Shown here: piece by piece, positions 40,959-49,758 of the stretch
How the letters are laid out: each line of letters starts with the position of its first letter
Position numbering within the stretch: position 1 is the stretch's first letter
From: an uncultured delta proteobacterium
GTDB lineage: Bacteria > Myxococcota_A > Polyangia > Fen-1088
Length of the DNA stretch: 64,000 bases
Direction of reading: 5' to 3'
Assembly (NCBI GenBank): GCA_963767925.1
Contig: CAVYGB010000008.1
Span: 896,001 to 960,000, forward strand
Position numbers and translations under genes: made by a program
Notes under the pieces: generated by a model
The model's input: only the letters and a program-made list of their open reading frames with translations
What the model was told of the DNA's origin: nothing
Database searches by the model: none

Positions 40959-42439
40959 GGCCGCGGGCGCCCCGTCTCCCCGTCGCCATCCAGCAGGCGC
41001 GCCGACAGGGTGCTGCGCAAGTGTCCCTGCGGATCCCAGCGGCGGCGCACCTCCTGCCAGAGGGGCAGGCGGGGATCCATCTGCCGCAGGTGGGTGCGCC
41101 TCGTGAAGGCGTCCTTGGCGAGATAGATCCGACCCCCCTCGGCGATGACCAGCTCGTTGAGCGCGTCGACCACCGACTGGGTCCAGAACCGGACGGGAAA
41201 ATCCACGGCGATGGAGATCCCGGGCTTCGGGAAAGAGAGCAGCCCCTGTCCCTCGGCGCCGCAGTCCTTGATCACACAGAGGGGAGAGGCCACCCCCTGC
41301 TCGCTGATGATCTCCATCAAGCGGTGCAGGGCCCGGCGCCCGGCCGCGTGCGGGATCACGCACTGGTACTGGGTCAGCCCCGGCCTCCCGTACAGGCGGT
41401 GCCAGTTGTGCAGGCCGTCCAGGGGATAGAAAAACGCGTTGGGGTGCACGATGCCCCGCCGCCGCCGGGGGGCCCAGTAGTAGGCGGCGTTGAACAGGCG
41501 GCTGGTCGGGCGGGAGATCGCCCAGCGGGGCAGGCAAAACGGCACCGGCAGTCCGCCGCCCGCGGGGGGCGCATGGGCGGGCGCCTCGTGCGGCTCGGCC
41601 CAGCGCCCGCAGAACAGGATGCCCCGGCCCAGGGCGCGGCCCCGCGCCAGGCAGTCGATCCAGCCGGCCGTGAAGGGCCAGCGGGAGGCCGCGTCGCTCA
41701 GCCGGTCGACGAAGGCGTCGATGCCGTCGACCCGCTGGTTTTCGCCCCAGATCCAGGGCGAGGGGATGGGGACCATCTTGAAGGCCACCTCGAGGACGTG
41801 GCCGGTCAGGCCCATGCCACCGAGGGTGGCGCGGAACAGATCGGGCAGCACGGTGGGCGAACACTCCACGATCCGCCCGTCGGCCAGCCGCAGGCGCAAG
41901 GCCGTCACGTGGGCCCCGAAACAGCCGGCCTGGTGGTGGTTCTTGCCGTGCACGTCGGCGGCCACCATCCCGCCGAGCGTGACGAACTTGGTGCCGGGCG
42001 AGACGGGCACGAACCAGCGCCGCGGCAACATGATCCGGTAGATCTCTTCGAGCGAGAGCCCGGCCTCGGCGCGCAAGATCCCGGTCTGCGGATCGAAGGC
42101 CAGGAACCGGTTGGCCGGGGGTGAGCCGGCCACCCGATCACCCGGCGCCGGGAGCGAAGCGTCGCCGTAAGACCGGCCCAGCCCGCGGGATAGCCGAGCG
42201 TCGCGCGTCGCGCCCTCGAAGTCCTCGCTGAGGACCTCGCGCCCGGGTACGATCGGCTGGCGGCCCCAGCCCGTCAGATCGGTCAACGGGATGTCGCGCT
42301 CGCGGGGGGACGGGCCGGGGTCGACCGGCGCAGGCACGAGGTTGAGGGTGTTGGGGATCGCCAGGGTCCGCTCCCGTCGGAAAATCGCGCTCTCATTTAC
42401 ACCATGTGCGCGCCGGATGCTACCGGCGCCACGCGGCAC
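40955..42439 (-). CDS. DprE1-like FAD-binding oxidoreductase (start uncertain)
   Basis: GWGR, RGLGRSYGDAS, PVSPGTKFVTLGGMVAADVHGKNHH, FFYPLD, QYQ, GGRIYLAKD. Confidence 0.9.
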   Translation of the reverse strand: MPRGAGSIRRAHGVNESAIFRRERTLAIPNTLNLVPAPVDPGPSPRERDIPLTDLTGWGRQPIVPGREVLSEDFEGATRDARLSRGLGRSYGDASLPAPGDRVAGSPPANRFLAFDPQTGILRAEAGLSLEEIYRIMLPRRWFVPVSPGTKFVTLGGMVAADVHGKNHHQAGCFGAHVTALRLRLADGRIVECSPTVLPDLFRATLGGMGLTGHVLEVAFKMVPIPSPWIWGENQRVDGIDAFVDRLSDAASRWPFTAGWIDCLARGRALGRGILFCGRWAEPHEAPAHAPPAGGGLPVPFCLPRWAISRPTSRLFNAAYYWAPRRRRGIVHPNAFFYPLDGLHNWHRLYGRPGLTQYQCVIPHAAGRRALHRLMEIISEQGVASPLCVIKDCGAEGQGLLSFPKPGISIAVDFPVRFWTQSVVDALNELVIAEGGRIYLAKDAFTRRTHLRQMDPRLPLWQEVRRRWDPQGHLRSTLSARLLDGDGETGRPRP

Positions 42440-42502
42440 GTCCTTCCCTGTAGGGGCCTTCCAAGTTTTTCACCGCCCGACCCCGCGGCGGTTCCGCAGA
42501 GA

Positions 42503-43594
42503 TCACCGGTTGCTGTCGGCGTTCGTCCCCGCGATCCGGAGGACGGTCTGGCCTCGGGTGTGGCCCTCGCCCACGTGGTTGAGCGCGGCGGCCACCTCGC
42601 TCAGCGGGTAGCGGCGCTCGATGACCGGCCGGGCCTTGCCGGCTTCGATGATCGTCTTCAGCGCCAGGAGGTCGGCCTGGTTGGGAGTCACGACGAAGGT
42701 CTTGAGCCGCTGGCGGGTGAACAACGACGTCACGAGCAAGGTCCCGATCCGGAAGAGCCAGCGCCAGGTGGAGTTTCCCCCGGAGCAAGAGACGAAGGTG
42801 CCGGTCTCGGTGAGCACCTTTCGGCAGTCGGACACGGAACGGTTGCCGACCGTGTCCAGCAGGAGGTCGAAGCGGGCCCCGCCCTCGACGAAGTCCTGCT
42901 TCGTGTAGTCGATTACCTCGTCGGCGCCGAGGGCCCGGGCCATCTCCAGGTTGCGGGTGCTGCACACCGCGGTCACCCTCGCCCCGAGCGCCTTGGCGAT
43001 CTGGACCGCCCAGGTGCCCACGCCCCCCGAGGCGCCGTTGATCAGGACCCGCTGGCCGGCCCGCAGGCGTCCGAGGTCGCGCAGCGCCTGCAGGGGGGTG
43101 ACGCCCCAGGGGGCGGCCGCCGCCTCCTCGAACGACAGGTTGTTCGGCTTGGGGGCGATCAGGCGGGCGGACACCACGACGTAGTCGGCGTAGGCGCCGC
43201 CGAGGGCCTCGCCGTAGACGGCGTCGCCCGGCCGGAAGGCCGTGACCTTCGCCCCGACCGCCTCCACCTGGCCGGCCAAGGCCATGCCGGGCACCCTTTT
43301 CCTGGGGTGAGGAAAGCCGCCAAAGGGGGTGAGGCGGATGATGTACGGCTTGCCGGTCACGATGTGGTGATCACCCACGCTCGCGCCCGCCGCTTGCACC
43401 CGCACGAGCACCTCGTCCTCTCCCGGGACCGGTCGTGCGACCTCGCCCAGCGTGAGGACGTCCGGGGTGCCGTAGCGCCGATGCACGACGGCCCGCATGG
43501 TGCGAGCCTCCGCGGCGACGGCGGAGGTGGCGGCGCTGGTGGGGGCGCTGGTGCTGGGGACGAGGGGCGTCTTCATCTCGGTGACGGCGTGCAT
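42503..43594 (-). CDS. Zinc-independent MDR NAD(P)H oxidoreductase
   Basis: YGTPDVL, VLINGASGGVG, LGADEVIDY, PVIE..YPL; no Zn-binding Cys cluster. Confidence 0.9.
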   Translation of the reverse strand: MHAVTEMKTPLVPSTSAPTSAATSAVAAEARTMRAVVHRRYGTPDVLTLGEVARPVPGEDEVLVRVQAAGASVGDHHIVTGKPYIIRLTPFGGFPHPRKRVPGMALAGQVEAVGAKVTAFRPGDAVYGEALGGAYADYVVVSARLIAPKPNNLSFEEAAAAPWGVTPLQALRDLGRLRAGQRVLINGASGGVGTWAVQIAKALGARVTAVCSTRNLEMARALGADEVIDYTKQDFVEGGARFDLLLDTVGNRSVSDCRKVLTETGTFVSCSGGNSTWRWLFRIGTLLVTSLFTRQRLKTFVVTPNQADLLALKTIIEAGKARPVIERRYPLSEVAAALNHVGEGHTRGQTVLRIAGTNADSNR

Positions 43595-43635
43595 GGGTCT
43601 TCCCTTTCACTGGCGGATATGCGATTCACTCTTCT

Positions 43636-43697
43636 TACGTACACCGTACGTTGAACGTACGGTGTACGTATGTCAAGAGTAACTTACGGTGTACGTA
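43636..43697. promoter_or_regulatory. Three palindromic TetR operators
   Basis: 43636-43652 and 43654-43670 form a perfect 17-bp inverted pair (AACGTACGGTGTACGTA); 43681-43697 is a 16/17 copy; all lie between the divergent genes. Confidence 0.8.
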
Positions 43698-43723
43698 TCC
43701 CCGGTCGCGACGAGAAGACCCAG

Positions 43724-44419
43724 ATGACGGAAAAGACCCGAAAAGCAGCCATCCGCCGCGCCCCGTTGAGCCGGGAGAAGGTGCTGCAGGCGGCGCTGCG
43801 CATGGCGGATCGGAGCAGCCTCGAAGCGCTCTCGATGCGCAACCTGGCCCAGGCGCTGAAGGTCAAGCCGATGTCGCTCTACAATCACGTGGCCAGCAAG
43901 GAGGACCTCCTGGACGGCCTGGTGGAGCTGGTGGCGGGCGAGATCGAGGTGCCGGCGATCGGCGGCGACTGGAAGGTGGCCCTGCGCCAGCGGGCGCGTT
44001 CGGCCCACGCGGTCCTCATGCGGCACCCCTGGGCGACGATGTTGTTCGTCGCGCGGATGAACATCGGTCCCTGCATGTTGCGCTACGTGGACGCGACCAT
44101 CGGCTGCCTGCGCGCGGCCGGCTTCTCCTATCCGATGGCCGATCACGCCTGGAACGCGGTCGACGCGTACATCTACGGCTTCACCCTCCAGAAGCTGAAC
44201 TTCCCGCTCGATCCCTCCGAATACGGGCCGGCCGCCCAGCAGTTCCTCCCCCTGATCCCGGTCGAGCGGTTCCCCTACCTGCACGGGATGTCCCAGGAGG
44301 TGATCGCCGGCCGCCACGACGGCATGCACCAGCTCGAGTTCGGCCTCGAGCACATCCTCGATGGACTCGAGCGGATGTGGGAGGGGAGCGGAGGCCCCGC
44401 GATCCGCGTCGGCAAGTGA
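43724..44419 (+). CDS. TetR-family regulator with TetR_C domain
   Basis: LSREKVL..ALSMRNLA..LKV..MSLYNHVASKEDLL HTH; RHPW; EFGLE.ILDGL. Confidence 0.93.
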   Translation: MTEKTRKAAIRRAPLSREKVLQAALRMADRSSLEALSMRNLAQALKVKPMSLYNHVASKEDLLDGLVELVAGEIEVPAIGGDWKVALRQRARSAHAVLMRHPWATMLFVARMNIGPCMLRYVDATIGCLRAAGFSYPMADHAWNAVDAYIYGFTLQKLNFPLDPSEYGPAAQQFLPLIPVERFPYLHGMSQEVIAGRHDGMHQLEFGLEHILDGLERMWEGSGGPAIRVGK

Positions 44420-44461
44420 ACCGGACCGGGCGGCGCTCGCCGCCGCCGGGCCTCCGGAGCC

Positions 44462-45994
44462 TCAGCGCTTCCGGATCCGGGGCAGCGCCCGCCGGGCCGC
44501 CATGCGGGCCAGGTCGACCCGCCCGGGCCGGGTCATCCGGGCCAGCTCCTCGAAGCGCCGTCGTCCCGCTCGCGTGCGATCCAGGTTGATGGCGGGGTGG
44601 GCCCGGTAGGCCCGGGAGAGGGCCTGCACCACGTCGGGCAACGTGGGGGCCAGGTTCACCGACTCGGTGAAGTCCCGGGACAGATCGTAGAGCTCGGCGG
44701 CGGCCGTCTTCCGCTGCACGAGGACCTTGAAGGGCCACTGGATGACGGCGAACTGGTCGGTCTCGTTGAGGACCAGGGTGCGCGGCTGCTCGTCGAGGGG
44801 GACCTTGACCAGGCTGGGCAGCAGGCTCCGGCCGGCGTCCATCGAGGGGGGGACGCGCAGGCCGAGCAGGTCGAGCAGCGTGATCGGCACGTCGAGCAGG
44901 CTGGCCGGGCGGGGGTCGTCGCCCCCCTCGAGTCCGGGGATGGCGATGGCCAGCGGGACGTGGACCAGTGGGTTGTAAAGGACGCGCCCGTGGTTCTCGG
45001 GCAAGCGGGGATCTTCCTGGAGGCTCTCGCCGTGGTCGGACGCGAAGACAACGATTGTGTCGTCGGCCAATCCCCGGCTGGCGATCCCCTCGAAGAGGCG
45101 GCCCAGGGCGGCGTCGGTGATCCCCAGGAGCGCGGCGTATTTCTCGGCGGAGTCCCGGGCTGCGCGCCCTTCGTTCTGGCTGGCGATCGCCGGGAGGTTG
45201 GCGGGGAACTGGTGGTGCTCGTGAAGGTCGAAGTAGTGGAGCCACAGGAAGAAGGGACCGCTCCGCTCCGGGCTGGCGCCGTCCAGCCAGCGGTCGATGA
45301 ACGACAGCCCCAGGTTCGTCGTGCGGTACGAGCTGACGCCCTGGGGGACGTTGGGCTTGCCGGGATCGGTCACGAGGATGTCGTGGCCCCGCAGACCGCG
45401 GGTCAACATCGTCTTGCTGGTGGCGCGCACCACCTCCCTCGGCAACACGGCGTGGCTGCGGAGCCCAGCGGCGCTCAGGATCTCGGGCAGCGTGAAGTCG
45501 GCGCCCGACATGGGATCCAGGCTTCCGGTGAGGAGCCCACCCATGCACAGGTCGGTCCCTGCGGCGGGGGCGAAGGTGTTGGTGAACCAGCGCGCGCGCT
45601 GTCGGAGAGCGGCGATGTTGGGCAGTCGGGCCAGGGTGGCCGGGTCCCCCAGCGGCTCCGCCCGCAGGGCGTCGACAACCACGAGGAGGATGTTCATGTC
45701 CCGGGCCCGCGCCAGCAGCGAGGCGACCTCCGGGTCCCGGCGCCAGCGTCGTCCGCGGGGCCGGGGGGCGTCCGCGCCTGGCAACAGCCCCGGCGGTCGG
45801 TCCTCCGGGCCGGGAGGAAGGGTGGCCGGGCCCGCGCTGCCGATGCGGACGGCGGGGGGGCCGGGATCGCTCTTCTCGCAGCTCGGACAGGCGACCGGGG
45901 CCGGGACCGGGTTGGCGCGCGCCGGGTCCATCGGCCAGGGCATTGCGCAGAGCAGCGCCGCAGCCGCCAGCGCCGGGAATGAGCGAACCTTCAT
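44462..45994 (-). CDS. Secreted sulfatase-like (alkaline-phosphatase superfamily) protein
   Basis: NILLVVVDALR, FFLWLHYFDLH, SDHGE..HG..LY..LVHVPL; no CxPxR motif. Confidence 0.85.
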   Translation of the reverse strand: MKVRSFPALAAAALLCAMPWPMDPARANPVPAPVACPSCEKSDPGPPAVRIGSAGPATLPPGPEDRPPGLLPGADAPRPRGRRWRRDPEVASLLARARDMNILLVVVDALRAEPLGDPATLARLPNIAALRQRARWFTNTFAPAAGTDLCMGGLLTGSLDPMSGADFTLPEILSAAGLRSHAVLPREVVRATSKTMLTRGLRGHDILVTDPGKPNVPQGVSSYRTTNLGLSFIDRWLDGASPERSGPFFLWLHYFDLHEHHQFPANLPAIASQNEGRAARDSAEKYAALLGITDAALGRLFEGIASRGLADDTIVVFASDHGESLQEDPRLPENHGRVLYNPLVHVPLAIAIPGLEGGDDPRPASLLDVPITLLDLLGLRVPPSMDAGRSLLPSLVKVPLDEQPRTLVLNETDQFAVIQWPFKVLVQRKTAAAELYDLSRDFTESVNLAPTLPDVVQALSRAYRAHPAINLDRTRAGRRRFEELARMTRPGRVDLARMAARRALPRIRKR

Positions 45995-46142
45995 ACGGGC
46001 TTCGGATACTACATACAACGCCATCCCCTCCGCGATACCGCCGATGGGCGCGCTTCGTCGGAGGGCGCGTCCAGGCCCGCGCTCCGCGAGCCGCCCGGTC
46101 CGGTCGCGATGGGATACCCTGGTGGCATGGCGGGAGGGTGGC

Positions 46143-47324
46143 GTGGCAAGGCGTGAGGGCGCCTGGGTGGTGGGGCGGCCGCAGTACCTCCCGGACTACC
46201 AGCGGGCGTTCCAGCGACGCGGGTTCGCCATGGAGCTGGTCGACCCGGAGCAAGTCCTGGCCCGGCTGGCGGAGAGCGCCGTGCGGCCGACCTTCGTCGT
46301 CGATTGTGCGCCCCTGTCGCCGCTACACGCGCGCGTTCGGGAGGTGGGCGTCACCGTCGTCAACTTGCCCTTCGACCAGTGGTACTTCTCGCCCCGGATC
46401 ACGTTGCCGCCCTGCGAGGCGATGCCCGCCGAGCACCTGGTGTTCACGCTGGCGCCGGAGCAGGTCGCGCCCTTCCGGGCCGCCGGATATGCCCACGTGG
46501 AGCATATGTTGTTCGGCGTCGACATCGAGCACTTCGACGAGCGGCCGCTCGACGAGGCGGACGCCGCGCGCTACCGGGCCGAGGTCTGTTTCGTGGGCAG
46601 CTCCCTGCGCGACCACGTCCCGGTGGACGCGTTCACCCAGACGCTGCGCAAGCACCCCGACAACCCCGCGGTCCGGGACTGGATCGCGGAGCTGTCCCGG
46701 CGGGTGGCGCCGTTCGACTACCGCCTGCCGGAGATCCTGCAGGAGATGGAGCGCGAGGCCGAGCTGTCGATCGGCGACAGCTGGGAGCTCACCCCTGCGA
46801 AGGAGAGCTGGTGCATCCTCGGCGGGATCAAGCTGTCGGAGCGCGAGCGGCTGGGGGTGGTCCGGGCCCTCTCCCGGTTCGACCTGGCGCTGTACGGATC
46901 GCCCGACTGGCGCGCGCAGCTCGCGGGGGACGCGGCGCTGGGCTGTTACCGGGGCGAGGCAGACTGGGGGGAGGAGCTGCCGAAGGTCATCAAGGGCGCG
47001 GCGGCGAACGTCAACGTCTCGAAGGCGATGTTTCCCACCGGGGTCTGCCCGCGCATCTTCGAGACGCTGGCCTGCGGGCGGCTGCTGCTGTCCAACCCCA
47101 TCCCGGCGGTGCTGGCTACCTTCGAGGAGGACCGGGAGATCGTCGCTTACCGCTCGTATGCCGAGCTGATCGACAAGGTCCGCCACTACCTCGCCCACCC
47201 CGACGCGGCGGCCGAGATCGGCCGGCGGGGCCGGGCGGCCATCGTGGCCCGGCACGGTGTCCAGGCCCGGGTCGATCGCATCGTCCAGGTCCTCGAGGAA
47301 CGGGGCCTGGTGCGCCGGGTGTAG
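46143..47324 (+). CDS. CgeB/Glyco_trans_1_2-like glycosyltransferase
   Basis: GGAGG plus GTG; VCFVGS, LYG..DW, NVNV..RIFE.LACG..LLS, F....EIV.Y....ELIDK..HYL.HP. Confidence 0.8.
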   Translation: MARREGAWVVGRPQYLPDYQRAFQRRGFAMELVDPEQVLARLAESAVRPTFVVDCAPLSPLHARVREVGVTVVNLPFDQWYFSPRITLPPCEAMPAEHLVFTLAPEQVAPFRAAGYAHVEHMLFGVDIEHFDERPLDEADAARYRAEVCFVGSSLRDHVPVDAFTQTLRKHPDNPAVRDWIAELSRRVAPFDYRLPEILQEMEREAELSIGDSWELTPAKESWCILGGIKLSERERLGVVRALSRFDLALYGSPDWRAQLAGDAALGCYRGEADWGEELPKVIKGAAANVNVSKAMFPTGVCPRIFETLACGRLLLSNPIPAVLATFEEDREIVAYRSYAELIDKVRHYLAHPDAAAEIGRRGRAAIVARHGVQARVDRIVQVLEERGLVRRV

Positions 47325-47728
47325 CTTCACTCGTCCCGACGGCGGTGGGCCGCGAGGGCGACGGCCCCCGTCGCGCGCAAGGAGTGCCGGTGGCTGAAGG
47401 TGGCTGGCGGACGCAGCGGCCATGGCCTTTCTCCGATGCAGGGGAACCCAGGAAAGCCGCGGCGTCCGCGTTCTGCGGGCAGGGCGATGCCCGGCCCGCC
47501 AGCGACGCCGGCGGTCTCTTCCCCTACTGGGCAGGAGGACTTTTTCGCCTGACGTCTTCCGCCAGGCAGAGGCGGCAGCCGCAGCTCCCGCTGGCGGCAA
47601 CCCCCGCCTCACGGCAGTCTCCAGACCGTGGAGGGACCGCCGGTCGAGGCCAGCGGCCACTCGGGACTGTCTCGCCTCGTCGCCGGCCTCCCTGGAATGG
47701 CGGTGGGGCCGGCGCCGGCGAGACGGGG

Positions 47729-49546
47729 CTAGGCGCCGCCGTCGGGGGGACCGCAGGTGGCGGTGGCGCTGGTGGGTGCCCCGCTGCAGGCCAGGCCGCC
47801 CTGGCAGGGCGTCTGCCCGTCACCCGAGCAGCAGCTCTGGCCCATGCCACCGCAGGGGCGGCAGGCCTCCATCGCGCAGCGGAAGCCAGCCTGGCAGGCC
47901 GGGCCGCTGATGCAGCAGGGCTGTCCCGTGCCGCCGCAGGTGGCGCAGGTCCCGGTCACCCCCGTGTCGGAGTTGCGGCCGCTGCAGCCGAGTCCGGCCC
48001 CGCAGTCGCCTTCGTCGCCGATCCCGCAGCAGGCCTGGCCGGCCGCGCCGCAGGCTCCGCACTTGCGTCCGGTGGGCGCGAGGATGCACGAGGTGGCCGT
48101 TGCGCACTCCATGACCCCGCCGCCGCCGCTGCAGCAGGCCTGGTCCGCGGCGCCGCAGGCGCCACAGGTGCCGGGGTTGCTGCCGATCCGGCCCGCACAG
48201 CCCAGGCCGGTGCTGCAGCCGCCGCCGCCGCCGGTGCCGCAGCAGGGCTGGCCCATGCCCCCGCACGCGCGGCAGGTGTTGCCGGCCGCGGCCACCACGC
48301 AGTCCATACCGCTCTGGCAGGCATCGCCGTCTTCGCAGCAGGTCTGGCCAGGCCCACCGCACGCCTGGCACATCCCCAGGGCTGTCGCGCTCCGGCCGAC
48401 GCAGGTCTGCCCGGTCTGGCAGTCCCCGCCGCCGCCGGTGCCGCAGCAGGGCTGGCCCGCGCCGCCGCAGGTGCCGCACTTGTTGCCCGCGGCGTTGCGC
48501 AGGCAGCCCAGGGCGCCTTCACAGGCCCGCCCGTCGCCGCAGCAGGCCTGGTCGTTCTTGCCGCAGGCCTGGCAGGTGCCCCCGGCGCCCATGGTCGCGC
48601 CCAGGCAGGTGAGGCCGGTCTGACAGTTGGCGCCCGGGCAACACGCGCCGCCGGCGGCGCCGCAGGTGGCGCAGGTGGCCTCCACCGCGCCGGGGGGATC
48701 GGAGCAGCCCAGCCCGCTGTTGCAGGAATCGTCCTCGCAGCAGCGCCCGCCCGCGGTCCCGCAGGGCAGGCAGCGATCCGGCGCGCCCGCCACGCCGTCG
48801 GCGCAGACCAGGCCGCCGTTGCAGACGTCGTCGGCGCAGCAGGCCTGATCGGCCGCTCCGCACTTGGCGCAGAGGTCGGGCTGTCCCATCGCTCCGTCGA
48901 TACAGGCCAGGCCGGTGCCGCAGGCGTTGGCGTCCGAGCCCTGACAGCAGGTCTGCCCGTCCGCACCACAGCCAACGCACATGCCGGCGGTACAGCGGGC
49001 CGAGTCGCCGGTGCAGAACCCACCGCTCAGCGCGCCGCCGTCACCCGGGGTGCCGCCGCAACAGGTCTGGCCGCTGGCCCCGCAGGGGGCGCCGCTGGCG
49101 CTCGCACAGGAGCCGGCGGTGCAGGTGCCGCTGGCGCCCGCGCTGGAACAGGACTGCCCGGCCGCGATGCAGACGCGGGCGCTCCCTCCGCTCGAGGTGG
49201 GGACGCAGCAGGCGGCCCCTTCACACACGTTCGAGGCACAGCAGGCCTGTCCGGGCGCACCGCAGGGCCCGGGCGCGGCCGGTCCGCCGGTGCCCCCCAT
49301 GGGCGCGCCGGCGCCCCCCATGGGCGCGGGGCTGCCGCCCACCGGGGCGGGGCCGCCGTCGCTCCCGCCGCTGCCGGCAGCGCCCCCCGCCGGGCTGTCG
49401 CCCCCGCCACAGGAGAGGCCCGGTCCGACCGCGGCCCATCCCAGCAGCACCACCGTCGCCGCCCTCAGGCTCCAGGCGAGGGACGGACGGTGACGGCGGG
49501 CGGCCTGGGTGGGGGTCAGTTGCTCTGGGCAAGGCTTGGTCGTCAT
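47729..49546 (-). CDS. Cys-rich tandem-repeat lipoprotein
   Basis: GGAGGA RBS; LSC lipobox; about 14 CGxxxxxCC units. Confidence 0.85.
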   Translation of the reverse strand: MTTKPCPEQLTPTQAARRHRPSLAWSLRAATVVLLGWAAVGPGLSCGGGDSPAGGAAGSGGSDGGPAPVGGSPAPMGGAGAPMGGTGGPAAPGPCGAPGQACCASNVCEGAACCVPTSSGGSARVCIAAGQSCSSAGASGTCTAGSCASASGAPCGASGQTCCGGTPGDGGALSGGFCTGDSARCTAGMCVGCGADGQTCCQGSDANACGTGLACIDGAMGQPDLCAKCGAADQACCADDVCNGGLVCADGVAGAPDRCLPCGTAGGRCCEDDSCNSGLGCSDPPGAVEATCATCGAAGGACCPGANCQTGLTCLGATMGAGGTCQACGKNDQACCGDGRACEGALGCLRNAAGNKCGTCGGAGQPCCGTGGGGDCQTGQTCVGRSATALGMCQACGGPGQTCCEDGDACQSGMDCVVAAAGNTCRACGGMGQPCCGTGGGGGCSTGLGCAGRIGSNPGTCGACGAADQACCSGGGGVMECATATSCILAPTGRKCGACGAAGQACCGIGDEGDCGAGLGCSGRNSDTGVTGTCATCGGTGQPCCISGPACQAGFRCAMEACRPCGGMGQSCCSGDGQTPCQGGLACSGAPTSATATCGPPDGGA

Positions 49547-49758
49547 CCTGGGTCCTCCTCGGGTGCGGGTGAGCGGCCTCCAGATTAGTGCCGCGATCCG
49601 CGTCGATGTCGTCAAAGGTACGGGATTGGCGCACGGTCGCGCAGGGCCGGACAGGATAGACCGAAAATGCTCAAAGAAACCGCTGGGCAACGTTCCTGGA
49701 GCAGCGCGCCCGGTCTTTTACCGGGACCCGCTGAGGAGGGGCGGCGCGGCAGGAACCG

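Noticed and set aside
45297..46142. N-terminal extension of the glycosyltransferase ORF
   Set aside because: Most of it is antisense to the sulfatase-like gene; an RBS with GTG at 46143 is the better start.
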